Shown here piece by piece: positions 26,919 to 34,956 of a stretch of DNA of 64,000 nt; within the stretch, counting starts at the first letter, position 1, and the number at the start of each line of letters is the position of its first letter. Source of the DNA: Bacilli bacterium (GTDB lineage: Bacteria > Bacillota_I > Bacilli_A > RF39 > UBA660). A program made the translations under genes and the position numbers. The stretch covers positions 133,746-197,745 of the forward strand of contig JBGVNW010000068.1 of NCBI GenBank assembly GCA_045125935.1, read 5' to 3'. The notes under the pieces were generated by a model. The model searched no databases. It was given only the letters and a program-made list of their open reading frames with translations, and was not told where the DNA came from.

Positions 26919-29030
26919 ATGAATAATATTTTGACATTTGAAGATTATAAAAAGATGAATATCAGACAGGTAGAAAGTGTGATATATCGTCAATTTATAG
27001 AAGAAAATATTAAAGAAGAAGTAAATGAAGGTCTTATTAGAAAGGCGATTAATAAAGCAGCAAGTAAGTTTATTCAATCTGCGTTAGAGGATGAAATTAA
27101 GAAAGGAAAGGAACTTGAAAAGAGTATTAAGGAAGCGTTAGATGGATTGGATAAAGGATTTGATGAGATTAAACAAAAAATAAATGCTAACAATAAAGAT
27201 ATAGATCCTAATTCTAAATTGGCTGCTATTGAAAAGGTAAAAGAAGCGATTAAAGCGGTTCAATCGCAAGCGTTTGATACTTTGACAATGATTGGTAGTG
27301 AAGGTGAAATAGACTTTGCTGGATTTTTAGGTTCTGGATCTGTAATTGCTGCGGCACATTTTGGTATATTATTTTCTCCTATTAGTAGTATTTTTATAAC
27401 GAGAAAGGCATATAAATATTTTCTTGGAATTATAAAGCAAACCATTAGAAGAAATCTTTTGATTATTCAGTTGAATTTTGACCAGTTTGAGAATCTTATA
27501 TTGCAGAAATCTTTTGAAGCAGAAGATGATGGTGAAATGTTTACTAAAATAGATACTTTAAATGATGTCATTAATAAAATACAACTACAATTGTGTGATA
27601 AAGATACTAGTTTATTAGGTGTCAACAAAAGTAAAAAATTGAAGGCTTTTCTTGATAATTTGAATGCTACACAAAAAGCAGTGATTAAACAAAATGATAT
27701 AATGCGAAAAAATAACCCATTCTCTTCACTTTGGGTAGATCAACATAATAACACATATACAAGAACTCTTGAACAAATTAAGCAGTATATTAATGATGAT
27801 AGTCAGAAAGAATTGGATGCATTAAAAAATAGTATTACAAAAATGGCAGGTAATGATGTTGATTTGATTCCTTATGGTGAACTCATGATATCTGCTGCGG
27901 AAGAATATGCAGTTCATACAAATCATGGTATTAATAATAACTTCATTAAAATGTCTAGTGTGTTTAATTTGGAAAACCAGAAAAAACTTATTGATTTGAT
28001 TCAAGAGACACAAAAAGAAAATGAAAATGAAATAAAAAAGAGGGAAAAGGAAATAGACGATGAAAAACTAAAAAAAGATTTAGAAGAAAAAGCAAAAAAA
28101 GGTAAGGATTTATACGAAGATAAACTAAAAGGTAAAAAATATACATTTGATGAATTTGAAAAAGAGTTTGATAACGAAGGTGTAGAATACTTAAAGGCAT
28201 TTTTTCAAACAGATGAAGGTAAGGATGAATACAAAGAATTGACCGAAAAAGAACCTTTATATAAATATCTTTTAGATGATACGATAGCATTAAATGCTTT
28301 ATTTGATAGCTTGTCTGAATTAAATGTTGTTGAAATAAATTCAATAAAAGATTTTTCAGATCTTTTTGTTGAAAAGAAACAGGCATTATATTATCTAATG
28401 TCTGGACGTTCTATAAGAGATGCTGTTAGAAAAAAAGGTTCTGATGATTATTTTGGTTTTAACATTAAAGATGATGATCTTAATGCGACTGATAAAAAAT
28501 ATTTAGATGATAATTTTGTTGAAAGTAATAAAGGAGTAGTCAAAATATTTACAGATTTTATAAGTCCAAAAACCAAACAACATAACGAAAAGAAAAGATA
28601 TTTCTTAAAATTTAACGGTTCTGGTGATAATATTTTTAAGATATTAAAAGAGTTTGAAACAAATATATTTAAAAATGATGAAAATAATGGATATAATGAC
28701 AATATATCTATCAAAAACAAAGAAATAATATTGAAAATTATTCAAAAAAATCTAAATATTGGTAAAAGCATATCGACTCAACTTTCTGAGTATTTAGTTA
28801 TGTTAGAAGCACATATGTTATTAAAAAAACAAGACCCTTGGTTTGTTGTTAAAGATAATCAAACATTATTTGATAATGATTGTTTTAATATAGGTGCTGA
28901 TAAAATAGAAAATGTAAATGCTTTTATAGAAATAAATCCAGATGAATATAGTAATATTAAAAAATTCTTTTTTACATTTAACGAATTAAAAGATAATGAT
29001 TATAATATGAGAGAACCCGATAATAAATAA
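26919..29030 (+). CDS. large coiled-coil protein with hydrophobic segment (possible tape-measure-like or internal virion protein)
   Basis: 703 aa; long K/E-rich heptad regions plus the hydrophobic stretch AGFLGSGSVIAAAHFGILFSPISSIFI. Confidence 0.45.
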   Translation: MNNILTFEDYKKMNIRQVESVIYRQFIEENIKEEVNEGLIRKAINKAASKFIQSALEDEIKKGKELEKSIKEALDGLDKGFDEIKQKINANNKDIDPNSKLAAIEKVKEAIKAVQSQAFDTLTMIGSEGEIDFAGFLGSGSVIAAAHFGILFSPISSIFITRKAYKYFLGIIKQTIRRNLLIIQLNFDQFENLILQKSFEAEDDGEMFTKIDTLNDVINKIQLQLCDKDTSLLGVNKSKKLKAFLDNLNATQKAVIKQNDIMRKNNPFSSLWVDQHNNTYTRTLEQIKQYINDDSQKELDALKNSITKMAGNDVDLIPYGELMISAAEEYAVHTNHGINNNFIKMSSVFNLENQKKLIDLIQETQKENENEIKKREKEIDDEKLKKDLEEKAKKGKDLYEDKLKGKKYTFDEFEKEFDNEGVEYLKAFFQTDEGKDEYKELTEKEPLYKYLLDDTIALNALFDSLSELNVVEINSIKDFSDLFVEKKQALYYLMSGRSIRDAVRKKGSDDYFGFNIKDDDLNATDKKYLDDNFVESNKGVVKIFTDFISPKTKQHNEKKRYFLKFNGSGDNIFKILKEFETNIFKNDENNGYNDNISIKNKEIILKIIQKNLNIGKSISTQLSEYLVMLEAHMLLKKQDPWFVVKDNQTLFDNDCFNIGADKIENVNAFIEINPDEYSNIKKFFFTFNELKDNDYNMREPDNK

Positions 29031-29035
29031 AAATA

Positions 29036-29065
29036 AAGGACTGAATTTAATTCAGTCCTTTTTTC
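29036..29065. terminator. bidirectional terminator
   Basis: ggactgaa(29038-29045)/ttcagtcc(29051-29058) hairpin followed by tttttt. Confidence 0.65.
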
Positions 29066-29742
29066 ATTATAATAATTGCTTGACAGCCAAATAACTTATT
29101 TACCGCTTGAAACCCACACACTTCCCAACCGTTTTTACCATATTCATTTAATTTAGATTTAATGTCATCAACATAAGAGATATTATCTATTGTCAAAACA
29201 TCATATTCATAAGATTTAGGAAAAATTTCATTATGATTAATTTCAAGAGAAACTTCTTTCACATCTGCTGTCTTACCTGTTAGTGGAACACTTTTTGATT
29301 TAGTTTTTGATTTTGATGTTTTTGGTTTCTTTTTTTCTTCTGGAACGCATTCGGGTTTATAACTCTCATCAAATGTTTTATATTCATCAACAAGAAAAGT
29401 TTCACAATTAGACACATCATCTTTTTTATTTTCGTTATATATAGGAATATCTAAAAAATGATTATGTATATTGTTTGATTTTTTAATGGATATAACATTT
29501 GAACACATCACCTCCCCAAAATCTCCAGTTTCTTCATATAAAACTTTAAAAACCTGTGGATTTCCATATCTTCTTTCATCATCATATTCAAAATGACGAA
29601 AATTTTTATCTGTTTTATCAAGTCCAATTTTAAGCATAAATATTATAAAACTTATATAAACAAATATAACAAAATATGGCAAAAAATAATATACCGTGGA
29701 TTTTTTTAATGCTTTTGGGTGGAAATAATAGAGTATCTTCAA
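29047..29742 (-). CDS. hypothetical protein; start probably the internal Met at about 29637
   Basis: The first 35 codons overlap the opposite-strand ORF 29676-29939, and MLKIGLDK at about 29637 would remove that overlap. Confidence 0.45.
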   Translation of the reverse strand: MKILYYFHPKALKKSTVYYFLPYFVIFVYISFIIFMLKIGLDKTDKNFRHFEYDDERRYGNPQVFKVLYEETGDFGEVMCSNVISIKKSNNIHNHFLDIPIYNENKKDDVSNCETFLVDEYKTFDESYKPECVPEEKKKPKTSKSKTKSKSVPLTGKTADVKEVSLEINHNEIFPKSYEYDVLTIDNISYVDDIKSKLNEYGKNGWEVCGFQAVNKLFGCQAIIIMKKGLN

Positions 29743-29939
29743 AAAGAGTATTGGGTTCTTTCGTGATTGCAGTTATAACTATAATGGTAGTTGTCTGTGT
29801 ATTTATTAAAGAAGATGCAACCTGGTTAAGTTCTGCTATTGATACGCTAATTATAACTGGTGGTGCTTTATTAGGATTGGGTATTGCAGACAATGCTTTC
29901 GATAAAAAACAAGAAAAAAATAAAGATAAGAAAAAATAA
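29676..29939 (+). CDS. small membrane protein
   Basis: 87 aa with two hydrophobic helices, followed by a terminator. Confidence 0.35.
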   Translation: MAKNNIPWIFLMLLGGNNRVSSKRVLGSFVIAVITIMVVVCVFIKEDATWLSSAIDTLIITGGALLGLGIADNAFDKKQEKNKDKKK

Positions 29940-29964
29940 GATCCCCAAAACAAGTAGAAAAAAT

Positions 29965-30000
29965 AAAAGAGAGGAATTTAAGTTCCTCTCTTTCTTTTTA
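29965..30000. terminator. bidirectional terminator (agagaggaa/ttcctctct family)
   Basis: aagagaggaatttaagttcctctctt followed by a T-run; near-identical to 56153-56178. Confidence 0.7.
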
Positions 30001-30729
30001 TTAATTTTTTAGAAAATATTCAACCAAATCTGCTAATGTGTAAATCTTTCTTTTATTTAGATATTTCGCAAGTTCATATGGTGACATATCATAAATGTCT
30101 TTAAGTGAAAGTTTATCATTATTATTTTTATTATCACACTTACATTCACAAGGTTCACACTTACACTCGCATTTTGCTTCTGGAATATCAACAGGCGTGT
30201 CAAGCAAATTCTTTATATTTGTATAATACTCTTTGTTCAAATAATAATTATTATTTGCGTCATCAAGTGTCTTAATTTGACTACTGATGAGTTTCATCTT
30301 CTCATCAAGTTTTTTATAATCAGACTTCAATTCATTAATATGTAATAGATTATCTTCAATCTTATTTATAAAATCAGAAATTCTTTTACAAACATTGCGT
30401 TTGATATCATGCTTATTTGTTGCACATTTAAGTTTATTCTCCAAATCAATATTGAGTTTAACATCTTTCTCATTTGTGATGTTTTTAATATATTGATTTT
30501 CAGAAACATAATTCTTATCACATCTAATGGCATATTTAACATCAGCAGGTCTATTATCAATCTCTTTTGAACTATCGACAGCATTAGATTCGTCGGGTAC
30601 AGATGTGAATTTATACGATACATACATATCATCTGTATTTTCTAATTCCAAAAGTGCTTTATTAAACTCTTTATCGTCGGTATAAATTTTACCGTTAATA
30701 TTTCCTTCAAATTTTCTCATGTTAATCAT
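30001..30729 (-). CDS. hypothetical coiled-coil protein with Cys-rich CKCEPCECKCD segment
   Basis: ORF of 242 aa; the start overlaps the upstream gene's end (ATGATTAACATGA coupling). Confidence 0.45.
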   Translation of the reverse strand: MINMRKFEGNINGKIYTDDKEFNKALLELENTDDMYVSYKFTSVPDESNAVDSSKEIDNRPADVKYAIRCDKNYVSENQYIKNITNEKDVKLNIDLENKLKCATNKHDIKRNVCKRISDFINKIEDNLLHINELKSDYKKLDEKMKLISSQIKTLDDANNNYYLNKEYYTNIKNLLDTPVDIPEAKCECKCEPCECKCDNKNNNDKLSLKDIYDMSPYELAKYLNKRKIYTLADLVEYFLKN

Positions 30730-30994
30730 CCTTTTTATTAATTTTCTTTGTGGTTTTTCTTCTTACTTTCTTAACAGGTTTCTCTTCTTGCACATCGCTA
30801 TCCGTCGATGTTGTGTTTTTGGTTAAATTGGCAATAATGCTGTCTTGATTTTTAATTGTATCAAGCAATTCTAAAATATCTTTTGCTTGTGCTTCAATAG
30901 TTTCGTTAGCATCTTCCAATTCAATTTCAAGTGCTTCTAAATCTGATTTGAGTCTTTCAATCTCTTTGCTCTTAATAATTTTATATCCAAACAT
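30722..30994 (-). CDS. hypothetical small coiled-coil protein
   Basis: ORF of 90 aa translationally coupled to the 30001-30729 ORF. Confidence 0.4.
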   Translation of the reverse strand: MFGYKIIKSKEIERLKSDLEALEIELEDANETIEAQAKDILELLDTIKNQDSIIANLTKNTTSTDSDVQEEKPVKKVRRKTTKKINKKDD

Positions 30995-31115
30995 ATTAGT
31001 AAATTTTTATATAACAAATATAACAAAAAAAAATATATTTTTTTAATTTTTGCTTGTTCAAGTATTATGTATATGAATTGCAATTCAAAACATATACAAC
31101 AAAAAAATTACAACT

Positions 31116-31730
31116 ATGGCTGAAATTATTGAAAACAAAATGGATCATCACGAAGTACCTTCTATGGCAAAAGCAAACGCAGGATTAACATTGGGTATCA
31201 TTGGTACAGCACTCGGTGCACTTAATGGATTGGGAAACTGCAATGGTGGTGGATTGCTTTCTGGATTATTTGGTAACAATTGTTCAGGTTCTTGCAGCAA
31301 AAACGCAGGTATCACAAATGAAGAACTTTACATTGAAAGAAGTCAAGCCGCTGAATATCTTGCAACTACAAAACAGTATTATGAAGGCATGATGCAAACT
31401 AACAAAAACCTCACAGATGCATTCTTTGAAAGCTACAAACGAGATGTAGATAATTCATTTATGCTCTACAAATCTCAAAGAGATGCTGATGATGTTCTTG
31501 CAAGAAGAATTGATGAAGTGGATAAGAAAGTGGATATTATGGCTGCTATCCGTCCTTATCAGGATGCTCTCATCAACTGTAAGATTGATAATGTTGCTTC
31601 TAACGCAAACTTCAATCTTGAAAGAAGAACTTGCAAGATGATAACAGGTCAATTAGTACTCCCATCAACTCCTACAGTTACAGGTTATGGTAGTTACTAT
31701 CCTTGCCAACCAACAACTCCTACCACTTAA
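31116..31730 (+). CDS. hypothetical protein with Gly-rich N-terminal segment
   Basis: GLTLGIIGTALGALNGLGNCNGGGLLSGLFGNNCSGSCS. Confidence 0.45.
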   Translation: MAEIIENKMDHHEVPSMAKANAGLTLGIIGTALGALNGLGNCNGGGLLSGLFGNNCSGSCSKNAGITNEELYIERSQAAEYLATTKQYYEGMMQTNKNLTDAFFESYKRDVDNSFMLYKSQRDADDVLARRIDEVDKKVDIMAAIRPYQDALINCKIDNVASNANFNLERRTCKMITGQLVLPSTPTVTGYGSYYPCQPTTPTT

Positions 31731-31765
31731 TTTAAACAAAGTCTATACACATCAAATGTTAAGTT

Positions 31766-32218
31766 ATGAATAATTTTTTCTTAAATCAAACGGATCCTCT
31801 ATTACATAATGGGATGTATGAAAATATACCAAATCCGATATTATATCAACAGATTCAACAAAATCAATATAAAGACAACATAGGTGAATTAGATGATGCA
31901 TTGAAATCATTAAGTCCTTCAATGGTAGAAAGATTATCACAAGACCAAAAATTTTCAGCATTGAACGCAGAATTTCAAAATATCGTCCAACAGGAATTGC
32001 TATCTGTTGTCAGAAATAAATTGAATGTTAATCCTAAAATTCAAAATAATATCAAAGAGCAATTGAGTATAATTGAAGAAACCAAACGAAATATAGAACA
32101 GGAGAAAGAAGCGTCTATAAATGAGATGAACGATTATATGAATAATTATGCACACTTAACATTTGATGAGTATAGACGCATGAAAAACGGAGAACCTTTA
32201 GATAAAAAGAAACGATAA
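31766..32218 (+). CDS. hypothetical protein
   Basis: ORF of 150 aa. Confidence 0.45.
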   Translation: MNNFFLNQTDPLLHNGMYENIPNPILYQQIQQNQYKDNIGELDDALKSLSPSMVERLSQDQKFSALNAEFQNIVQQELLSVVRNKLNVNPKIQNNIKEQLSIIEETKRNIEQEKEASINEMNDYMNNYAHLTFDEYRRMKNGEPLDKKKR

Positions 32219-32224
32219 TAAAAA

Positions 32225-32575
32225 ATGAGAAAAGAAGAATTAAAATACAGTATTACACAATATGTCAACCAATTGATTAATGATGTTTTACCCGAATCTG
32301 GGATTCTCGGTAAATTAAGTAATGTAACAGCAAAATATTGGGTAGAACAAAATCAATGGAGGTTAGATGATATTCTATCGGTTTTTACCGACAAAGACGA
32401 TTGTATAGATACAAAAAAACTGGCAGCAATGTACGAAAATGTATTGTTCGAGAACGGCGAACTGCGATTGTCTTTGAAAGAAATTGCTCCTGATAGCATA
32501 AAAGCAATGCTGCCAGATAAAACAATGGTATTTAAACGAGATGATTTATACAGACTTCTTGGGGTAATAAGATAA
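32225..32575 (+). CDS. hypothetical protein whose C-terminal 49 aa are duplicated (diverged) downstream of the TnpB gene
   Basis: The C-terminal MYENVLFENGELRLSLKEIAPDSIKAMLPDKTMVFKRDDLYRLLGVIR is re-encoded at 33997-34155 as a diverged copy. Confidence 0.5.
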   Translation: MRKEELKYSITQYVNQLINDVLPESGILGKLSNVTAKYWVEQNQWRLDDILSVFTDKDDCIDTKKLAAMYENVLFENGELRLSLKEIAPDSIKAMLPDKTMVFKRDDLYRLLGVIR

Positions 32576-32595
32576 TGTTAATAAAAAGCAAAGCA

Positions 32596-32625
32596 TCACT
32601 AATGGTGATGCTTTTTTATCTTATC
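32596..32625 (+). terminator. rho-independent terminator
   Basis: aagcatcac-taatg-gtgatgctt hairpin followed by tttttat. Confidence 0.6.
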
Positions 32626-32688
32626 CAAATATATTTTAACAAGTTTAATTTATCTAATAATTACAATATTTTTTCATAAATACTGTGT

Positions 32689-33819
32689 ATGTTAAAGGCA
32701 ATAAAAATAAGATTATATCCAAATGCTACCCAAGTAACACAAATAGATAAGTTGCTTGGATGTTATCGTGTTGTATATAATCAATGTCTTGCTCGAAAAA
32801 TAAAGTCATATGAGGAGAACAAAGTAACAGAAAATCAAACTACATTAAGTTATTTCATCCATCATGAATTATTAAAAGATGATAATTTTAGTTGGTTAAA
32901 AGAACAAAACACAAAAGTTCTTAAACAATCAATTATTGATTTGCTCGATGCTTATAAAATGTTCTTTAGAGGATTAAATAAATTTCCAAAATTCAAATCC
33001 AAAAAAGATAATAAACAATCATGTCGATTTGAAAAAGGTGCCATTTCTAAAAGAAATATTTATACAAATTATAAATTATCTCTTGCTAATATAAAAAATA
33101 TTAAATTTAAATGTAGTAAAAAATACGCAGAATACTTACAAAAGAATAAATTAAATATTAAAAGTGCCACTTTGAAAAAGTTACCTTGTGGTGAGTATTA
33201 TTTATCCATTTTAGTTGATGGTGATTTAACACATAAAGTTAAAAAATCATATCATACAGTAGGTATAGATTTGGGTATTAAATATTTTGTTATTACAAGT
33301 GACGGAGAAGTATTTGAAAATCTACATTTTAAGAAAAATAAATCAAAGAAATTAGTTAGATTACAAAAACAACTTTCTCGTAAGCAAAATGGTTCAAACA
33401 ATAGAAACAAAGCAAGAATTAAACTTGCAAAGACATATAAGCAAATAACAGATAAAAAACAATATTACTTACATCAAATATCTAACTATTTGATAGACGA
33501 AAACCAAGTTATCTGTATGGAGGATTTGAATGTAAGTGGTATGCTACGAAACCATTGTTTATCAGAAAGCATCCAAGAAATGAACTTCGGTGAATTTAGA
33601 CGAATGCTTGAATATAAAGCAAATTGGTATGGTAGAAAAATAGTATTTATAGATAGATTTTATCCATCAAGCAAAACATGTAATCATTGCGGTTATATAA
33701 ATAAAAAACTTAAATTATCTGATAGACAATGGGTTTGTCCTGATTGTGGTGAGATAATAGAAAGAGATTATAATGCCGCATTAAATATTAGAGACGAAGG
33801 AATAAGGTTAATTACTTAA
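32689..33819 (+). CDS. tnpB: TnpB (OrfB, RuvC-like RNA-guided nuclease family), apparently intact
   Basis: RuvC-I VGIDLGIKYF, RuvC-II ICMEDLNVSGM, zinc ribbon CNHCG...CPDCG, RuvC-III RDYNAALNI. Confidence 0.85.
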   Translation: MLKAIKIRLYPNATQVTQIDKLLGCYRVVYNQCLARKIKSYEENKVTENQTTLSYFIHHELLKDDNFSWLKEQNTKVLKQSIIDLLDAYKMFFRGLNKFPKFKSKKDNKQSCRFEKGAISKRNIYTNYKLSLANIKNIKFKCSKKYAEYLQKNKLNIKSATLKKLPCGEYYLSILVDGDLTHKVKKSYHTVGIDLGIKYFVITSDGEVFENLHFKKNKSKKLVRLQKQLSRKQNGSNNRNKARIKLAKTYKQITDKKQYYLHQISNYLIDENQVICMEDLNVSGMLRNHCLSESIQEMNFGEFRRMLEYKANWYGRKIVFIDRFYPSSKTCNHCGYINKKLKLSDRQWVCPDCGEIIERDYNAALNIRDEGIRLIT

Positions 33820-33829
33820 ATTAAAAATA

Positions 33830-33966
33830 TAATAGGTAGCAGTCCTACCGAATCTACGCTTGTGGACTATCCAACTATGGATGAACTTGAAATATACTAA
33901 AAAGTAGTGGTAGAGTGAAGCAAGAAGTTGATAATGAACAAAATGAAAATTTGTTCAAGATTCAAT
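33830..33966 (+). ncRNA. candidate omega-RNA (reRNA) scaffold downstream of tnpB
   Basis: Locally GC-richer, structured stretch (ggtagcagtcctacc hairpin, cgcttgtggactatccaactatgg) immediately 3' of the tnpB stop, where IS605-family omega-RNAs lie. This is an inference. Confidence 0.3.
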
Positions 33967-34155
33967 AGACTGTATCGATACAGAAAAACTTCATAAATGT
34001 ACAAAAATGTATTGTTCGAGAACGGCGAACTGCGCTTGTCTTTGAAAGAAATTGCTCCTGATAGCATTAAATCAATGTTGCCAGATAAAACAATGATATT
34101 TAAACGAGATGACTTACATAGACTTCTTGGCGTAAATAGACTTAAAACTTATTAA
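33967..34155 (+). repeat. diverged direct repeat of 32399-32575, containing a 52-aa ORF (33997-34155)
   Basis: About 90% nucleotide identity over about 175 nt. Differences are mostly synonymous or conservative in the shared reading frame. Confidence 0.7.
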
Positions 34156-34159
34156 ATGA

Positions 34160-34200
34160 AAAAAGGGTCGCTTCTAAACGACCCTTCTCTTTTATTTTAT
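34160..34200. terminator. bidirectional terminator
   Basis: aagggtcg-cttctaaa-cgaccctt hairpin followed by a T-rich run. Confidence 0.6.
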
Positions 34201-34920
34201 TTTTTGAAATAATCCAAATATGTCTAATATATTTTTGCTTGTAATCTCCTTCATTCGTTTATTAGCAACCACATCATAATTCTTTGCAAATATTACCTGC
34301 TTTCTCGCAGACATACTTGTTTCGGTAAGAGATAAACTGTAATATTTCAACAATTCTTTAACATCATACTTTGAACATGGTTTATTTAAAAAACCATTTA
34401 ACCATAAAATATAAACATATGTTCTGTCATCATTGTATGTTTTTATAATATCATCATTTACATATCTATCCCAATTTTTCAACATCTGCTTTGTATATAA
34501 TGAAATTGCACTCGCAACATTCATATTACGAAAAATTCCTATAGAACATTTATTACTTGTTATTGAATATTTTCTATCGAAAGTATTAAAATCTTTTATT
34601 CTACTTTCTATCAAATCATTTGGAAATATTATATCATCGTCGGCGGTAATTATTATATCATCATCGCCAAGATATTGTAAAATAGGAAAGACTTTTTTCA
34701 TTGTCTTTGTATTTTCGCCATCCACCCAGTTTATAATAAGTCTTTCATCAGATTCAAAATATGTAACCAAATCTTTCGGAAGGTCAATATTTACAAATTC
34801 AGATTTGCTCAAATTAAGATATACTCTATCTGGTTGAACGGTATTATCCATTATACTTTCAATAACTTTTTTAACATATCCAATCCTCTTAATCCACGAT
34901 GTTATAGATACAACTATCAT
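34192..34920 (-). CDS. putative glycosyltransferase (GT-A-like, DDD motif)
   Basis: Paralogous to the N-terminal 240 aa of the next gene; IIITADDDIIFP is a DxD-type motif. Family assignment is uncertain. Confidence 0.35.
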   Translation of the reverse strand: MIVVSITSWIKRIGYVKKVIESIMDNTVQPDRVYLNLSKSEFVNIDLPKDLVTYFESDERLIINWVDGENTKTMKKVFPILQYLGDDDIIITADDDIIFPNDLIESRIKDFNTFDRKYSITSNKCSIGIFRNMNVASAISLYTKQMLKNWDRYVNDDIIKTYNDDRTYVYILWLNGFLNKPCSKYDVKELLKYYSLSLTETSMSARKQVIFAKNYDVVANKRMKEITSKNILDIFGLFQKIK

Positions 34921-34956
34921 TGTTTGTAAATTTTTTATATTAGTTTATCAAAAAAA

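Larger units (their letters stand above)
32626..33966 (+). mobile_element. IS200/IS605-family tnpB-only element (IS1341-like) with putative 3' omega-RNA region
   Basis: Canonical TnpB gene with no tnpA; it is flanked by a diverged direct duplication of host-gene sequence (32399-32575 and 33967-34155). Boundaries are approximate. Confidence 0.55.

Noticed and set aside
29676-29939. Real overlap of opposite-strand genes 29047-29742 and 29676-29939
   Set aside because: The - strand ORF has an internal Met (MLKIGLDK, about 29637) that removes the overlap, so the long N-terminal extension is probably an ORF-caller artefact.
33997-34155. Treating the 52-aa duplicated-C-terminus ORF as a confident independent gene
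   Set aside because: It is below typical gene-calling length and lacks a recognisable promoter of either motif class. It is reported as part of the repeat rather than as a CDS feature.
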